A DNA stretch of 64,000 nt from Chrysomallon squamiferum (lineage: Eukaryota; Animalia; Mollusca): positions 2,356,001 through 2,420,000 of the forward strand of contig CM022679.1 of the NCBI GenBank assembly GCA_012295275.1, in the 5' to 3' direction. A model generated the notes under the pieces. The model worked only from the letters and a program-made list of their open reading frames with translations, was not told the DNA's origin and searched no databases. The translations under genes were made by a program, and so were the position numbers. Below, in pieces: positions 63,101 to 64,000 of the stretch. The stretch's first letter is position 1. Every line of letters starts with the position of its first letter.

Positions 63101-63284
63101 TTTGGACACTTGTGATAAAAGCAGGAATCCTGGCCAAACTTTCAATCTCAGAGAGAAACTACTTCCTGCATTTTACAATTGTCCTTGACTAAGACTGAAA
63201 TAAATACATTTATGTTTCCTGTAACACAACACTGTGTTAACACTTTCCTTTTTGTCACAGGTTAGATTAGTCATACACTAGCAA

Positions 63285-63339
<55 letters not shown>

Positions 63340-63893
63340 CATGTACATGAACAGAGACATATAGACACACAAACACACATACATGAACAGAGAAACACAC
63401 ATATATGCATATGTATGCATGCATATACTACATATACACACATAAACATACAAACATATACATTCACACACACACATACACACAATGTACATACATATGC
63501 AGACACACATATGCAGACACACATATACACACACAATGTACACATACATATCTAGCCAGAGCTCAGTGACTCATTTATTAAACATCATTCTATATATCTT
63601 CCTGTTAAAGGGTGGGTATATATAAAAAAAATCCTTTGACACTGATAACAGCAAACCAAGGGAAAATGACAGCAGTTTTTTTTATCTTTTGTTATTATTT
63701 TATTGTTGTTATTATTGTTGTTGTTGTTATTATTATTGTTGTTATTATTATTTTTATTATATTTATTTTATTATAACTATTACTGCTACTAGCACTACTT
63801 TATCATTAACACTATTATTATTATTATATTTATCATCACTATTATTATTGTTATTATTGTTATTGTTCTTGTTATTATTAACAGTATTATTAC

Positions 63894-63935
<42 letters not shown>

Positions 63936-64000
63936 ATTATCTAAATTATATCTGAAACACAGCACTTACACCTAATAATCACCAACATGTTAAAAAAAAA

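Noticed and set aside
63267-63955. Cys/Val/Tyr/Leu-rich ORFs near the window end
   Set aside because: Derived from (CA)n and (TTA)n repeats; none resembles the expected MKKQF.. exon 1 of the RhoGAP gene.

Overview
AT-rich, CpG-depleted animal genomic DNA with spliceosomal GT-AG introns and many micro- and minisatellites. An invertebrate, plausibly a mollusc, is my inference only. I assembled four protein-coding genes by hand with frame-consistent splice sites. (1) On +, the 3' nine exons of an unusually His-rich testican/SPOCK(Cow)-like protein (follistatin-N-like, SPARC EC/EF-hand and thyroglobulin-1 domains; 11547-16963). (2) On -, a complete 13-exon DDX5/DDX17 (p68/p72) DEAD-box helicase gene (28765-21080). 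(3) On +, head-to-head with it, an EXOSC5/Rrp46 gene with an intronless CDS (31227-31874). (4) On -, an ARHGAP17/44 (RICH/Nadrin)-type BAR-RhoGAP gene with exon 1 not found (61350-44109). Four observations stand out. There is an array of candidate alternative C-terminal exons behind the RhoGAP domain, three starting (D/E)FD(F/L). Poison/decoy cassette exons and RNA hairpins lie in the DDX5/17 intron at the classic DBP2/p68 autoregulatory position. Minisatellites recur exactly on, and often copy, splice junctions. The testican appears to have its Kazal domain replaced by a His-rich basic region. All calls come from reading the sequence; no database search or RNA evidence was available.
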